DNA from: an uncultured Nitrospiraceae bacterium
GTDB lineage: Bacteria; Nitrospirota; Nitrospiria; Nitrospirales; Nitrospiraceae
NCBI GenBank assembly: GCA_963846575.1
Contig: CAWJWJ010000002.1
Coordinates: 2,080,001 to 2,144,000 of the forward strand
Length of the DNA: 64,000 nucleotides
Reading direction: 5' to 3'
Shown: in pieces, positions 50,431 through 60,612 of the stretch
How the letters are laid out: every line of letters starts with the position of its first letter
Numbering within the stretch: position 1 is the first letter of the stretch
Notes under the pieces: generated by a model
Database searches by the model: none
What the model was told of the DNA's origin: nothing
The model's input: the letters and a program-made list of their open reading frames with translations, nothing else
Translations under genes and position numbers: made by a program

Positions 50431-51393
50431 CTAGACCACGAACATGTCTTGTTCAGCCCATGCCGGGGCCGCGTTCTTGGCAGCGCTCGTGAGGGCAATG
50501 TAGCCCTTCTTGTCGACGCCTTGCGGGAGATCTTTGGGAACACCCATCACGGTCTGGGTCTTGAACACGGTCCCCGGTGCCAGGTCGAAAAAGGGGAATT
50601 CAGGCTCCGTGCAGCCCAGGCATGGCATGCCGGCACGCGTTTTCGAGGATTGCCGGTTCCACAGTATCCGGTTGCAGGGAGAGTGCGTCATGGGTCCGCG
50701 GCAGCCGAGGTCATAGTAGAGGCAGCCTTTGCGTTGTCCGAACTCGGTGGCGGACACTTTGTAGGCGAAGTGCATGTTGCGGGTGCAACCGGTCTGCGTG
50801 AAGCTTTGGAAAAAGGTCTTGGGTCGCTGAAACTCGTCGAGGCCGATGTCGCCTCCGCGGCCGGTGGCGACGGCGACGACGATTTGCGTGATCCAGTCCG
50901 GATGGGCGGGGCAGCCGGGAATATTGATGACAGGGAGACCGGCTTTGGAGCGGAAGTGCTGTCCAAGAAATCCACCATGGCTTCGTTTGAGAAACTGCAA
51001 GCCTTGCGAGTCGCTCGGGTTGGGGGCGGTCGCGGGGATGCCGCCCCAGGTCGCGCAATCGCCGACGGCCACCACAAAATTGGCCGCGTCGGCCAGTTCC
51101 TTGACCCACTGTTTCATGGCACGGCCGGCAAATCGATTCCACTCCCCCGTTCCGTTGGGGGCATTGACCACGGTGCCTTCAAACACGAAGATGTCCAGGA
51201 CGATCTTGCCGGAGATGCAGTCCTTCAGAATCCGCTGAAGATTGTCTCCCAGTTCCACGCCCAGAGAAGGATGCCAGAGCACGTTGATGCCAAAATCCGT
51301 GACAAGGTCGCAGGCACTGGGCTCTTCTGCATTCAGGAAGGACATCGTGTTACCGGAGCAAGCCCCGCCTTGTAACCAGAGTAGATTTGCCAT
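50431..51393 (-). CDS. hupS: Group 2a [NiFe]-hydrogenase small subunit (no Tat signal)
   Basis: MANLLWLQGGACSGNTMS, PGCPAHP, GCRGP, CLGC. Confidence 0.95.
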   Translation of the reverse strand: MANLLWLQGGACSGNTMSFLNAEEPSACDLVTDFGINVLWHPSLGVELGDNLQRILKDCISGKIVLDIFVFEGTVVNAPNGTGEWNRFAGRAMKQWVKELADAANFVVAVGDCATWGGIPATAPNPSDSQGLQFLKRSHGGFLGQHFRSKAGLPVINIPGCPAHPDWITQIVVAVATGRGGDIGLDEFQRPKTFFQSFTQTGCTRNMHFAYKVSATEFGQRKGCLYYDLGCRGPMTHSPCNRILWNRQSSKTRAGMPCLGCTEPEFPFFDLAPGTVFKTQTVMGVPKDLPQGVDKKGYIALTSAAKNAAPAWAEQDMFVV

Positions 51394-51453
51394 GATGCAG
51401 TCCTCCGTTCGATCAGGTCGAGAATGAAGACGGTCGACTCATTGCCATGAAGA

Positions 51454-51469
51454 TGCAACAATCGGGCAC
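51454..51469 (-). promoter_or_regulatory. Sigma-54-like promoter upstream of hupS (imperfect)
   Basis: GTGCCCGATTGTTGCA: TG-N10-GC rather than GG-N10-GC. Confidence 0.35.
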
Positions 51470-51890
51470 ATCAGCCGTCACCGGAAGTCCGAACAGAGGG
51501 AGCGAGGATTACGTAACAATAAGCGATTGTTAGGAGCTGAGCCGAGTCGGAAGGCTCGAACGATGCACAGGATGGATGTGGTAACTATCTTTGCAGGAGG
51601 CCAGCCATTGCATAAGGACTATGCATGTCTTTATCGGCTAACCTTCCTATCCCTTGCGACTGCCACAGACGGGACATTGGACTTCCAGCGTGTACCCGTA
51701 CCAGGTTCCCTGACAGCGGCTACACCAGTGGCCGTTCGTCTACTCCTCGGCTAAGCCGAGCTGACGCGCGAGCGGAGTCGTCCCCAATTCACGGATGGGA
51801 CCGGTTGATTCGGACAGGCCGGACGAGGGGCGTTCCTGCGCCCGGAATGATCTCCAGAGACGGTGGCTGTCATCAGCTGCGTCGCGGCGC

Positions 51891-53378
51891 TCACGGTCGT
51901 CTGGCTTCGACATGCGGCGCTCCTCCGGCATGAGCAGTCGTCAGGTTGTATCGGCGAATCTTATTGGCCAACCCCACCCGCGACAAGCCCAGCTCCCTGG
52001 CCACCTTACTCTGGTTCCAACGGAACTGCAGGAGTGCCTGGGTCAAGATCTGCACCTCCAAACGCTCCACCTTTTCCTTGAGCGTCCCGCCGCTGTGGAT
52101 CAAACCGGCTTCGCGCTGTCGCGGATCCGGGGCGACGATTGCGGCCAGGTCATCAGATAAATGGTCGAGCGCGAGGAACTCTCCGTGGCCTGCCAGCGAC
52201 ACCATCCGCCGGACCTCTGTTTCCAGTTCGCGCACATTCCCGGGGAACGGATAGGCCTGCAGCTGTCGCAGGACCTGTACTGTCATGCCCGCCACATGGC
52301 GATTGGTGAGTTGCGCATACTTTCTCGTGAAGTATTCGGCCAGTACGGCGATATCCTCGACCCGCTGGCGTAATGGAGGAATGTTCACTTCGAACCCCCG
52401 GAGGCGGTAATAGAGATCCCGGCGAAACCGGCCCGTCTCGACAAGCTCTTTGAGCGGTCGACTCGAAGCCGCGAGAATCCTCACATCGGCCCGCCGGGTT
52501 TTCTCCGACCCGAGCGGTTTGACCTCTCCCTCTTGCAAGACCCTCAGAAGGCTCACTTGGAACGAAGGCGACACTTCGGAAATTTCATCAAGGAACACCG
52601 TGCCTCCGTCCGCCGCGACGAACAGGCCGAGCCGGTCGCCGACCGCCCCCGTGAATGCCCCGCGCTTGTGTCCGAATAATTCCGATTGCAGGAGATCGTC
52701 CGGCAGGGCTCCGCAATTTTGCGCGAGAAACGGAAAGGCTGTGCGCTGGCTGAACCCGTGGATGGCACGCGCCATGAGTTCCTTCCCTGTGCCGGTTTCC
52801 CCCTGGATGAGCACGGGCAGGTCGGTGGCCGCTGCCTTCCGGGCCAGATTGCACACCTCCAGCATGGAATCGCTGGCAAAGACGAGCTTATCGAATTCAT
52901 AGCTGTCCCGGATGAGTCGGGTCACATTTTCTTTGTGGTTGCGAAAGGCGCCGTCGGACAGCTTCAGATCACGGCTCAATTTGCGGTGCCGCCGCGACAG
53001 CTCCCGACTTTCCAGGGCCCGGTCGATCAGCAGCCGCAGATGCCACGGAGGACAGGGCTTGGGAATCACTTGATAGACCGCGGCCTCCTGAATGATTTTC
53101 ATGACATCGGGGTAGTCGCGCGATTCCGTCACCAGCACTCGAATGACGTCGGGGTACCGCACCCGCGCCTCGTGATAAAAATCCACTCCGTTAACATCGG
53201 GAACACCGTCGTCGAACAGAATCAGATCGATCTTCTCGTCGGCAAGCGTGGCCCAGGCCTCCATCCCCGACTTTACTCCGAGCACACGGTAGTCATGTTT
53301 GAGAAAGGTTGCGAGGGTCCTGCGGACAGTAGGATCCGCTTCGACGATCAGGAGGGTTTCCTCGTCACGGCGTGACAT
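51891..53378 (-). CDS. Sigma-54-dependent response regulator, HoxA/HupR-like (REC-AAA-Fis)
   Basis: REC domain, GETGTGKE, ELFGHKRGAFTGA, FLDE, PGNVREL, Fis HTH; likely start MSRRDE. Confidence 0.9.
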   Translation of the reverse strand: MSRRDEETLLIVEADPTVRRTLATFLKHDYRVLGVKSGMEAWATLADEKIDLILFDDGVPDVNGVDFYHEARVRYPDVIRVLVTESRDYPDVMKIIQEAAVYQVIPKPCPPWHLRLLIDRALESRELSRRHRKLSRDLKLSDGAFRNHKENVTRLIRDSYEFDKLVFASDSMLEVCNLARKAAATDLPVLIQGETGTGKELMARAIHGFSQRTAFPFLAQNCGALPDDLLQSELFGHKRGAFTGAVGDRLGLFVAADGGTVFLDEISEVSPSFQVSLLRVLQEGEVKPLGSEKTRRADVRILAASSRPLKELVETGRFRRDLYYRLRGFEVNIPPLRQRVEDIAVLAEYFTRKYAQLTNRHVAGMTVQVLRQLQAYPFPGNVRELETEVRRMVSLAGHGEFLALDHLSDDLAAIVAPDPRQREAGLIHSGGTLKEKVERLEVQILTQALLQFRWNQSKVARELGLSRVGLANKIRRYNLTTAHAGGAPHVEARRP

Positions 53379-53786
53379 ACAACTCTCCTCGCAGGACGAC
53401 AAGAGGATGTACAGTCTAGCAACCAAGACGTGCTCGATCAAGCTGAGCACCTGCAGCCCTATCACGTCAGGGGCCGATGAATTCAGACCGGGAGGAAATC
53501 CCCCCACAGGCCATTGGCCGGCAAAGCGAACGACCATGCCATGATGCGGGAACCTCGCTCAGGATAAACTACATTTCTGAGGGTCTGGTCAGGTCCGCTG
53601 CGTTTGAACTGAATATCAATGGTTAGTCGCCCGAGGTCTGAACTCAGGAGTCGTCCAGGGAGTTCACCACCTGTTTGGCCCTCAGGCGCGACAGGATAGG
53701 TCTCCATCTCATGACCTGTCACGGCAGGTCTCTACGTAGCACTTCATCGGCTTGTCCTCACTCCCGGATCGGGGTATGATCCAGAC

Positions 53787-54002
53787 ATGACGAATGAATG
53801 GTCCAAAGAAAAGCCGGCGCATACCGGATTCTACTGGTACAAAGATGCGACCCGCCAGCCTGCTGACGCTCAGCCCTATGTCACCATCGTCGAAGTTGTC
53901 ATCTGCGAGGATTCCTTCGTGGCGGAACTTGGCAAAGAGGGTGATGAGGACCTGGAAAGATTCAGCGGCGAATGGATGGGTCCGCTGGATGTCCCCCAAT
54001 GA
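53787..54002 (+). CDS. Hypothetical protein
   Basis: EWSKEKPAHTGFYWY..GEWMGPL. Confidence 0.55.
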   Translation: MTNEWSKEKPAHTGFYWYKDATRQPADAQPYVTIVEVVICEDSFVAELGKEGDEDLERFSGEWMGPLDVPQ

Positions 54003-54225
54003 ACTGACGGCTCGGCCAGTTCACCGACGCAGGCTGGTACCGGGAACCGCGACTGGCCCCAAGAGGAGTATCTCCCTCCATGCGCCGGGCGTCTGAAATT
54101 TTTGGTAGGCTCCACGCCTGGTGCGCGGGTCGGGGTGATCTTGACAGGGTTCTGAATGCCACCGCTGGGGACCGCACCGCATGGATGACTGCAGGGATTG
54201 TGATCTGGACGATGGAGGCAACAGA

Positions 54226-54468
54226 ATGAGCGACCATCTCCCTTTCAGCCATCGAGGGTATGTGCTCACGATTCGTTCCCACGAAGCCCCCCAGGGAGGA
54301 TGGATTGCCGACGTCGCGGTAGAAAGAGTGACCGACGACAAGGTAGACCGCCATACCGTGACATGGGATCCGGACCACCCTCTGGCGACCAGGGACGCAG
54401 CGATTGCGGGCGCCAAACAACTAGCCATCGAATGGGTCGATGCCCAGTTCACGCCGACCGGCAATTGA
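54226..54468 (+). CDS. Hypothetical protein
   Basis: GGAGG RBS; FSHRGYVLTI..AKQLAIEWVD. Confidence 0.55.
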   Translation: MSDHLPFSHRGYVLTIRSHEAPQGGWIADVAVERVTDDKVDRHTVTWDPDHPLATRDAAIAGAKQLAIEWVDAQFTPTGN

Positions 54469-55215
54469 CGAAACGCACCTGTGCGAAGGCTCCATTCTCG
54501 CGAACGATTAGGCGAACAGGACCATAGCAGCGAGATTCGTCCGGAACATGAGCACCCGGGCACCCTGCCCGATCAAACCAGCGGTCATCATCCTGAACGT
54601 GACCAACGGCAGACCATTCGTCTCAGTCGTGATGGCACGTCTCGAAACGAAGTCCTCAAAAACCAGTCGTGCTGGAAGTCTCTGCCTGTTACCGCTGGAA
54701 CAGCATGAACTGTTCCCGTCTTCGAGTTATTGTTGTGGCAGCCATGTGCATTTGAGCCAGTTCCGAGCCCGGTCCGCTGAGGGCAATCGCTGCCTCAACT
54801 TCCTTCTTTGCCTGATCCGGTAAACCTCTCTGACCATAACCGATTCCGGTGTAATACCGGACAGTCCGGGTCAGGGCTCGGCTGCGTGCCTCGCACGGGA
54901 GAACAGGGCTCGCGATTCATCGTATGACTTGAGTTGCTGAGAAGCGAGTCTCTTAGAATATCAATCAAGAGAGTTATCCGGAGACAGCCGCTCCGCAGAG
55001 GCAAGGGCGCGTATGGATTTGTGTGACTTGCAGAGGCCGACTTGGGCGCTCCCCGACCCCGGCAACCCACGGACAGAATCAGGCTCGTAGGTGACCCGCC
55101 GTGAATCACGTATGGCGCATGGCGTGTGTTGCGCGCATGCATGACGACTCTGCTCAAATCAGCCTGGGCGTGCGTTCTGCCGGTTTGGTCACGACCGGCG
55201 GAGACAGACAAATCT

Positions 55216-56559
55216 TCAATGGCCCTCCTGACAGGTCTGGAAAGGGCCCAGGGTGACGCGGTAGGCATCCGAGTGGTTAAACTGCGGCAGGGTGAAGGAG
55301 ACTGTATCTTCGACCGGCAGGTCACGATCCAGCATCAAGACCGGGGCCTCGAGAGGACCCGATCCCACATCCGGAATTTGCTCGGCACATAGATGCAGGG
55401 TGCTACCTGGACGAGTCGCAAAGATCTGCCCGACGTTCTGAAGAAGAATTTTCGTTTCATCCCCGGAGCGTTCGTCATACTTGCCCAATAATAACCGGAG
55501 GGTGCCTGGTGCCTTGTCGAATGCCGCGAGGGCATGCAGGCCAGGATTGTCGGTCATGGTATAAAGGCGCACCCCCTGCATATCAGCGTAGGTCTTATAG
55601 ATGTGCCAGGTCGGCCGTTTTGACTGCCGGTCCACATAGAGCAGACCGTCCAGCGTGGGGTTATCACAGGTATTCTCGACCCAGTCTCGGCTGGTGTCTT
55701 GAGGATCCGGCCAACAGGCGCGCATTGCGCTCAGGACATCGGCTCGTTCGTATGCGGCAATCACCCCCGCGGTGTACCCGGCATTAGTCCAAGACTCCTG
55801 CCCGAGCACTTCATTCACCGAAATCGGGCGTTCAAGGCCCTGGGCTTTGAGGTAGGCCCGCAGATCGTGCACAAACTCGAGGGCTCCCGAAGGATGTCCA
55901 TACTCATGATAGGCCACGACATCCGGGAATACCCCTCGCTCGCGACTCCATTCCAGAAAGGGCTTGAGCAGCCGATATCGGCTCACACTCGGTCCGACAA
56001 TCAGGGCGTGAGGCAGCCGTTCCTTGATCCGCCGGTAGGCCAGCCGCCACCCTTCTTTCAACCGTTCATTCTCATTCATCGGAACAGCCGCAAGATCAGG
56101 CTCGTTATAGATATCCCACAACACCGACAGCTTTCGCTCAATCACCTGGTCAACGATGTGATCGACATGGGCCAGCCAGGGAGAAAAATCGCCGTCGCGC
56201 CCAATTTGATTGATATCAAAAATCTGTAGCGCGAGATGATGGAACACCAGTCCCAGGGTGAGTTGAAACTCCGTGACCCCTGCCTCTTTCAGCCGGTCAT
56301 AGTTGTGAAAGATATACCCGGCGTTCCCTCGAAAACTGGTCGGTTTCAACGGCAGAATCAAATCCATGGACGGTTGGGACGGCTCGATGCTGACCAAATA
56401 CCCGTTGGCACGATGATTCATCGGCCCTTGCTCCACAGCGAGATCGACCGTGATCGTACCGGCCCAGGTCCCCGTCACGTTCCACCAGAACATGCCACAC
56501 ATCAGAAGACTGACGGCGGCACCCACACGTCGGAGTCTGTCGGTCGAGCGTCGCAGCAC
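55216..56559 (-). CDS. Secreted clan GH-A glycoside hydrolase (GH39-like)
   Basis: Signal peptide; WDIYNEPD, IVGPS, AYHEY, SVNE. Confidence 0.75.
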   Translation of the reverse strand: MLRRSTDRLRRVGAAVSLLMCGMFWWNVTGTWAGTITVDLAVEQGPMNHRANGYLVSIEPSQPSMDLILPLKPTSFRGNAGYIFHNYDRLKEAGVTEFQLTLGLVFHHLALQIFDINQIGRDGDFSPWLAHVDHIVDQVIERKLSVLWDIYNEPDLAAVPMNENERLKEGWRLAYRRIKERLPHALIVGPSVSRYRLLKPFLEWSRERGVFPDVVAYHEYGHPSGALEFVHDLRAYLKAQGLERPISVNEVLGQESWTNAGYTAGVIAAYERADVLSAMRACWPDPQDTSRDWVENTCDNPTLDGLLYVDRQSKRPTWHIYKTYADMQGVRLYTMTDNPGLHALAAFDKAPGTLRLLLGKYDERSGDETKILLQNVGQIFATRPGSTLHLCAEQIPDVGSGPLEAPVLMLDRDLPVEDTVSFTLPQFNHSDAYRVTLGPFQTCQEGH

Positions 56560-56637
56560 GGGTCCTCACGCTATGCGCAATCAATGCAAACCTGGTTGTA
56601 CTGCGTGAGGCGAGGGAGGGTCAAGATGGGGACGGGA

Positions 56638-57837
56638 TCACCCTCCGGTGCAAAGTGCACGCCATCGGGGAAGCCGCGACAGCAGATGTTCTCGTGCGAT
56701 ATAGGTCTGATCGAGGCCGGTCAATTCCCCGGCACCTTCGCCAACCCGCTTCTCCATCTCCGCCAGGGCATTTGCCGCATGGAGAGCCGTGACCGCGCCA
56801 AACCCCGAGGCAATATACTCGCCGGGATGGTGGTGATAGGCGAGCGCCTCGACAATTCCGTCACTCAGTCCCCAGATCCCCAACAAATAGGCGCCGACGT
56901 GGGCATGATCAGCTCCGAACACTTCTCGCTCCGCGACCCAATCGGAAACCCCCGTGGAACGGACAAGTTGCAGCACGCGCCCGTAGTCATCCGGCCGGTT
57001 GGCCACCAACACCAACACGCCGACGTCATGTAACAGCGCGGCGGTGAACGCCTGGTCTACGACCTGCGGACTTGCGCCTTCCTCCTTCGCAATCCGGCGC
57101 GCGTAGGTGCCAGTCAGCATCGCATGCCGCCACAACTCGTCGAGTGAAAACGATGACAGCTTCGCCTGATCGAACTGAGCGAACACCTGGCTCGAAAGCA
57201 CCAGCGACTTAATGGTATCGAACCCCAGGAGCGCGACGGCCTGTTCAGGATCTGAGACATGGGTACGAAGCCCAAAGAAGGCGGAATTCACCAATTGAAG
57301 GATCTTCGTGACCATTCCCAGGTCTTTTGCCACGATGCGGGCGGCCTTCTTCAATGATGCTTGCGGGGCTTGCATTTCCTGCATCAGTTCCTGATAGATC
57401 GACGGTAGACTGGGGAGAGTCTGAATCTCATTGACCAGGTTGCGGAGCGCCGGGTTACCCAGCACCGCGCGCAAGGCCTCAGCCTGATCAATCGTTGATT
57501 TCAATACCGCGGTATCGAAGGGCTTCTGAAGAAACCGATGGGCAACCGAAGCGGAACGCACGTAGTTATAGGGACTCTGATCCCCAGAGAGAATAATGCG
57601 AATAGCCTGCGGACAGGCTTTGCAGACTTCTCCCAGGAATTTGGCGCCATCCATCCCTGGCATGATCATATCCGACACGACCACATCACAGGGTGCCTCG
57701 CGGATCGCGGCCAAGGCCGGCGTGGCTGCATCAAAAAACTGCATCTGCCACTCGGTTTGCATAGGAGCCAACAATCGACGCAGGTGCTGTAAAATCTCCG
57801 GCGCATCATCGACAAAGATCACACGACGCATCATCAT
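56638..57837 (-). CDS. REC-HDOD response regulator
   Basis: FVDD, SDMIMPGMDG; LPSLP, KILQLVNSAFFG, LLHDVG, HAHVGAYLL. Confidence 0.92.
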   Translation of the reverse strand: MMMRRVIFVDDAPEILQHLRRLLAPMQTEWQMQFFDAATPALAAIREAPCDVVVSDMIMPGMDGAKFLGEVCKACPQAIRIILSGDQSPYNYVRSASVAHRFLQKPFDTAVLKSTIDQAEALRAVLGNPALRNLVNEIQTLPSLPSIYQELMQEMQAPQASLKKAARIVAKDLGMVTKILQLVNSAFFGLRTHVSDPEQAVALLGFDTIKSLVLSSQVFAQFDQAKLSSFSLDELWRHAMLTGTYARRIAKEEGASPQVVDQAFTAALLHDVGVLVLVANRPDDYGRVLQLVRSTGVSDWVAEREVFGADHAHVGAYLLGIWGLSDGIVEALAYHHHPGEYIASGFGAVTALHAANALAEMEKRVGEGAGELTGLDQTYIAREHLLSRLPRWRALCTGG

Positions 57838-58108
57838 CTCCCCTCGAGCCATCTGTCCCATCTCCTCATCGGTTGATCCAATCACAAGCTTAAATTGAAC
57901 CACCAGGAACTTTCTAAGCCGGTACCAGCGCAGGGAGACGAATTGGCCATATGGACGCAGCTGTTTTAAAACGTACGGGCGCCGTACGTGATGGCAGTTC
58001 TACGAGGAGTGACCTGCCGGCCTCGGAGTGGAATCTCGGCCTAGAGATCGCGAGTAGTGAGGGAGGTCGTCCAAGGGAGGCTACTACGGAACGGCACGGG
58101 ACAGGAGA

Positions 58109-58654
58109 TTAGTTACGATCGAGGTCCCAACTGACAATGTCCGCGTTTTTTCCCTCTCCGCCAGGCGTGCCGTCGGCCCCGAACGAAATGATCTCGAACT
58201 CTCCGCCCTGCGTCGAAGGAGTCGCGTACTTATAGTCAAAGCCCCAGGGATCGGCCGGCACTTTGGGCAGGTAACCACCGGTTTTCCAATTGGGCGCGGG
58301 TGGGCCCGTGGAAGGGCGGACGACGAGAGCCTTTAGCCCCTGCTCGGTCGTGGGCAGGTCGCCATTGTCGAGCTTATAGAGCTGCAACGCGCCTTCGATG
58401 TTCGAAATTTGAGCTTTCGCGGCCGCCCGCTTGGCATCTTCGGTCCGACCCATGACTCGGGGAATCAAGAGTGTCGCCAGGATAGCGAGAATCACCACGA
58501 CGATCATCACCTCGATGAACGAGAACCCGTCGCAGCGCTGCAGCCTGAGTGTCCAAAAACGCGAAAGACCGATCCTGCTGTTCTGGCAGTTGCCGGAAAA
58601 GTTATGACGTTGGGGCCAACCCATGTGCCGGATGCTCCTTTGCGAATATTTCAC
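58109..58654 (-). CDS. gspG: Type II secretion major pseudopilin (start uncertain)
   Basis: GFSFIEVMIVVVIL, YKLDNG..PTTEQGLKAL, DPWG, SFGADG..GGEG. Confidence 0.92.
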   Translation of the reverse strand: MKYSQRSIRHMGWPQRHNFSGNCQNSRIGLSRFWTLRLQRCDGFSFIEVMIVVVILAILATLLIPRVMGRTEDAKRAAAKAQISNIEGALQLYKLDNGDLPTTEQGLKALVVRPSTGPPAPNWKTGGYLPKVPADPWGFDYKYATPSTQGGEFEIISFGADGTPGGEGKNADIVSWDLDRN

Positions 58655-58827
58655 ATTGCGGGAAGGTCCGAATAAACTCGGATTGTAACAGAGATTCCAA
58701 ACAGACGCTGCGCCACCTTCCGAGTCTCGTTTACGGTCAGAACCTCAGCGGTCACTCGTGCATTCATGGGCAGCGGTCCGTAGGATAGTCCGGCGGTATC
58801 TGATGATCAACCGTTGCCGCGTCCTCC

Positions 58828-60612
58828 CTAGCCCCGCTGCGCGATCTGGTAGAGAACCAGACCGGGCTTCAACTGCGCTCGCGGGAGAATACTCTGATGC
58901 ATGCGAAAGGTTGACAACTTCATCACGGGAGTAACGGACTGAACTTGAACTCCCGCGATAGTGCATGCATCTGCGACCGTCGCCGGGCCAACGACAAACA
59001 CCACCGATCCTGGCGCCAGGATCGGGGTCAGCCATTGAATCCGCGCTCCAATCTCCTCCGGTTTTTCGTACATGCTGAATGGTATCCACTCATACACGAG
59101 GTCATAGCGCCTCGTCTGTGCCTCCGCCTGGTCTGCACGTGGCCGCATACGCACCTGGGGCAACCACGCCAACCGTTGTGCTCGAGCCCATTTATTCCAT
59201 AACAGCTGCGCTTGCCGCTGAACAAAGGCCGGATGATCGTATAGGACCGTATAGGTCCGGCAGCGATCATTGGTGAGGTACGTGGTGAGCGCGCCGTCGA
59301 AGCCGCTGATTAATACATGGCCGGCCTGTGCCAGCCGTGTTGCCAATGACCGGTCCTCCTCGATGAGGTCCTGGAGATAGTCCGCCACAAAGGGTTGAGT
59401 CGCGAGTTCTCCGATTTCACGGTCGTCTTCAGGATAGAGCAGGACGGCTCCGAACGCCGCCTCGGGGCTGACTGATGGTACGACGCCTGCAAACACAGAC
59501 GTCCAATCATCAGCCATCTGAGCAGCCTCCGTTATGGGAGGATCGGTCGGTCTGCCCCAATTGTCTTTCAACGGAACGACCTGCCTGACTGCCCGGTCGA
59601 TCAATACAAGATTCTCCCGATCGACTGCGAGACCGCGTTGACCGGCCGCTATCCCCCGCTGATCGAACGGTTGGTAGGACAAGCCTGCCGGATCATTCGC
59701 GAAGGTGGCCTTCACAACCCGTTGTCCCCGGATCGTCACGCATAGCGAATGCGAGGCTTCGAAATACCGTCTTGGCGGATCAGGCTCGGGATGCCAAGTG
59801 ACGAGATGAGATCGCGGTGGATCCATAAATACTGGAAAGGGATCGCCACCTCCCGATAGACGGGGACGAAAGAAGCCGCTGAAAAGCCGGTACGCCGCTT
59901 CGGAAGGGTATGTCGGAATACCCCGATAACGCAGGGCGCGCGGAGCCGGCTTCTCGCGATTCTGATCGTCGTAGAATCCGCGGATGAGTTCGAACATGGC
60001 AGATCCCGTGCCGGGGAGGAGCGACAGGAACAGTTCCACGACCGGCAAGAAATCGATATTCTCCCAATGCATGGCTCCCATGCAGGCCATGAACTGCTTC
60101 CGTTCAAAAGTCCCGTCCGGCAACAGGAAGATGGCGTCTTTCCGGTGCCGAATCTTCGCAATCCCCTTCGCATCGATGGTCACGTCCTGCTCGCCGTAGA
60201 AAAAACGGACTTCCTCCAACGGCACCTGCATCGCATTCGCCGCCATCCCACGAAGATCGTCAGCACGCAGGCGTTCCCATCCGGACTTTCTGGAGAGGTC
60301 GAGCGTCATGCTATTGACCAGGCCGCTGGGCATCAGCCCGACCCACACCCCCCAATCAAGTCGCAAGCGGGCGCGCGCCAGGCTCGGCGTTCCCTGAACA
60401 AGCTCCCATTCACATTCATGTAACGGATGGCCATCCGGATCGGTCGCAAGCACTCGGTGGCCATGGTGTCCGTAGAAGACGAGATGGCCGGTTGGTTCGC
60501 GCCTCCAGGAAGCGGAGTCCGACAACAGTTGCGGAAGGGCGGAGCGGTTGGAGGGAAAGACAAACGTACCGGGACGTGCGAGGATCTCCTGTATCACGGG
60601 ATCGGACAACAT
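58828..60612 (-). CDS. Hypothetical protein
   Basis: 594-aa ORF translationally coupled to proA. Confidence 0.8.
   Translation of the reverse strand: MLSDPVIQEILARPGTFVFPSNRSALPQLLSDSASWRREPTGHLVFYGHHGHRVLATDPDGHPLHECEWELVQGTPSLARARLRLDWGVWVGLMPSGLVNSMTLDLSRKSGWERLRADDLRGMAANAMQVPLEEVRFFYGEQDVTIDAKGIAKIRHRKDAIFLLPDGTFERKQFMACMGAMHWENIDFLPVVELFLSLLPGTGSAMFELIRGFYDDQNREKPAPRALRYRGIPTYPSEAAYRLFSGFFRPRLSGGGDPFPVFMDPPRSHLVTWHPEPDPPRRYFEASHSLCVTIRGQRVVKATFANDPAGLSYQPFDQRGIAAGQRGLAVDRENLVLIDRAVRQVVPLKDNWGRPTDPPITEAAQMADDWTSVFAGVVPSVSPEAAFGAVLLYPEDDREIGELATQPFVADYLQDLIEEDRSLATRLAQAGHVLISGFDGALTTYLTNDRCRTYTVLYDHPAFVQRQAQLLWNKWARAQRLAWLPQVRMRPRADQAEAQTRRYDLVYEWIPFSMYEKPEEIGARIQWLTPILAPGSVVFVVGPATVADACTIAGVQVQSVTPVMKLSTFRMHQSILPRAQLKPGLVLYQIAQRG

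Noticed and set aside
41802..51375. Long plus-strand ORFs (41802-42971, 43013-44290, 47000-48097, 48695-50164, 50449-51375)
   Set aside because: Antisense shadows of hypF, NHL, protease, hupL and hupS in GC-rich DNA.
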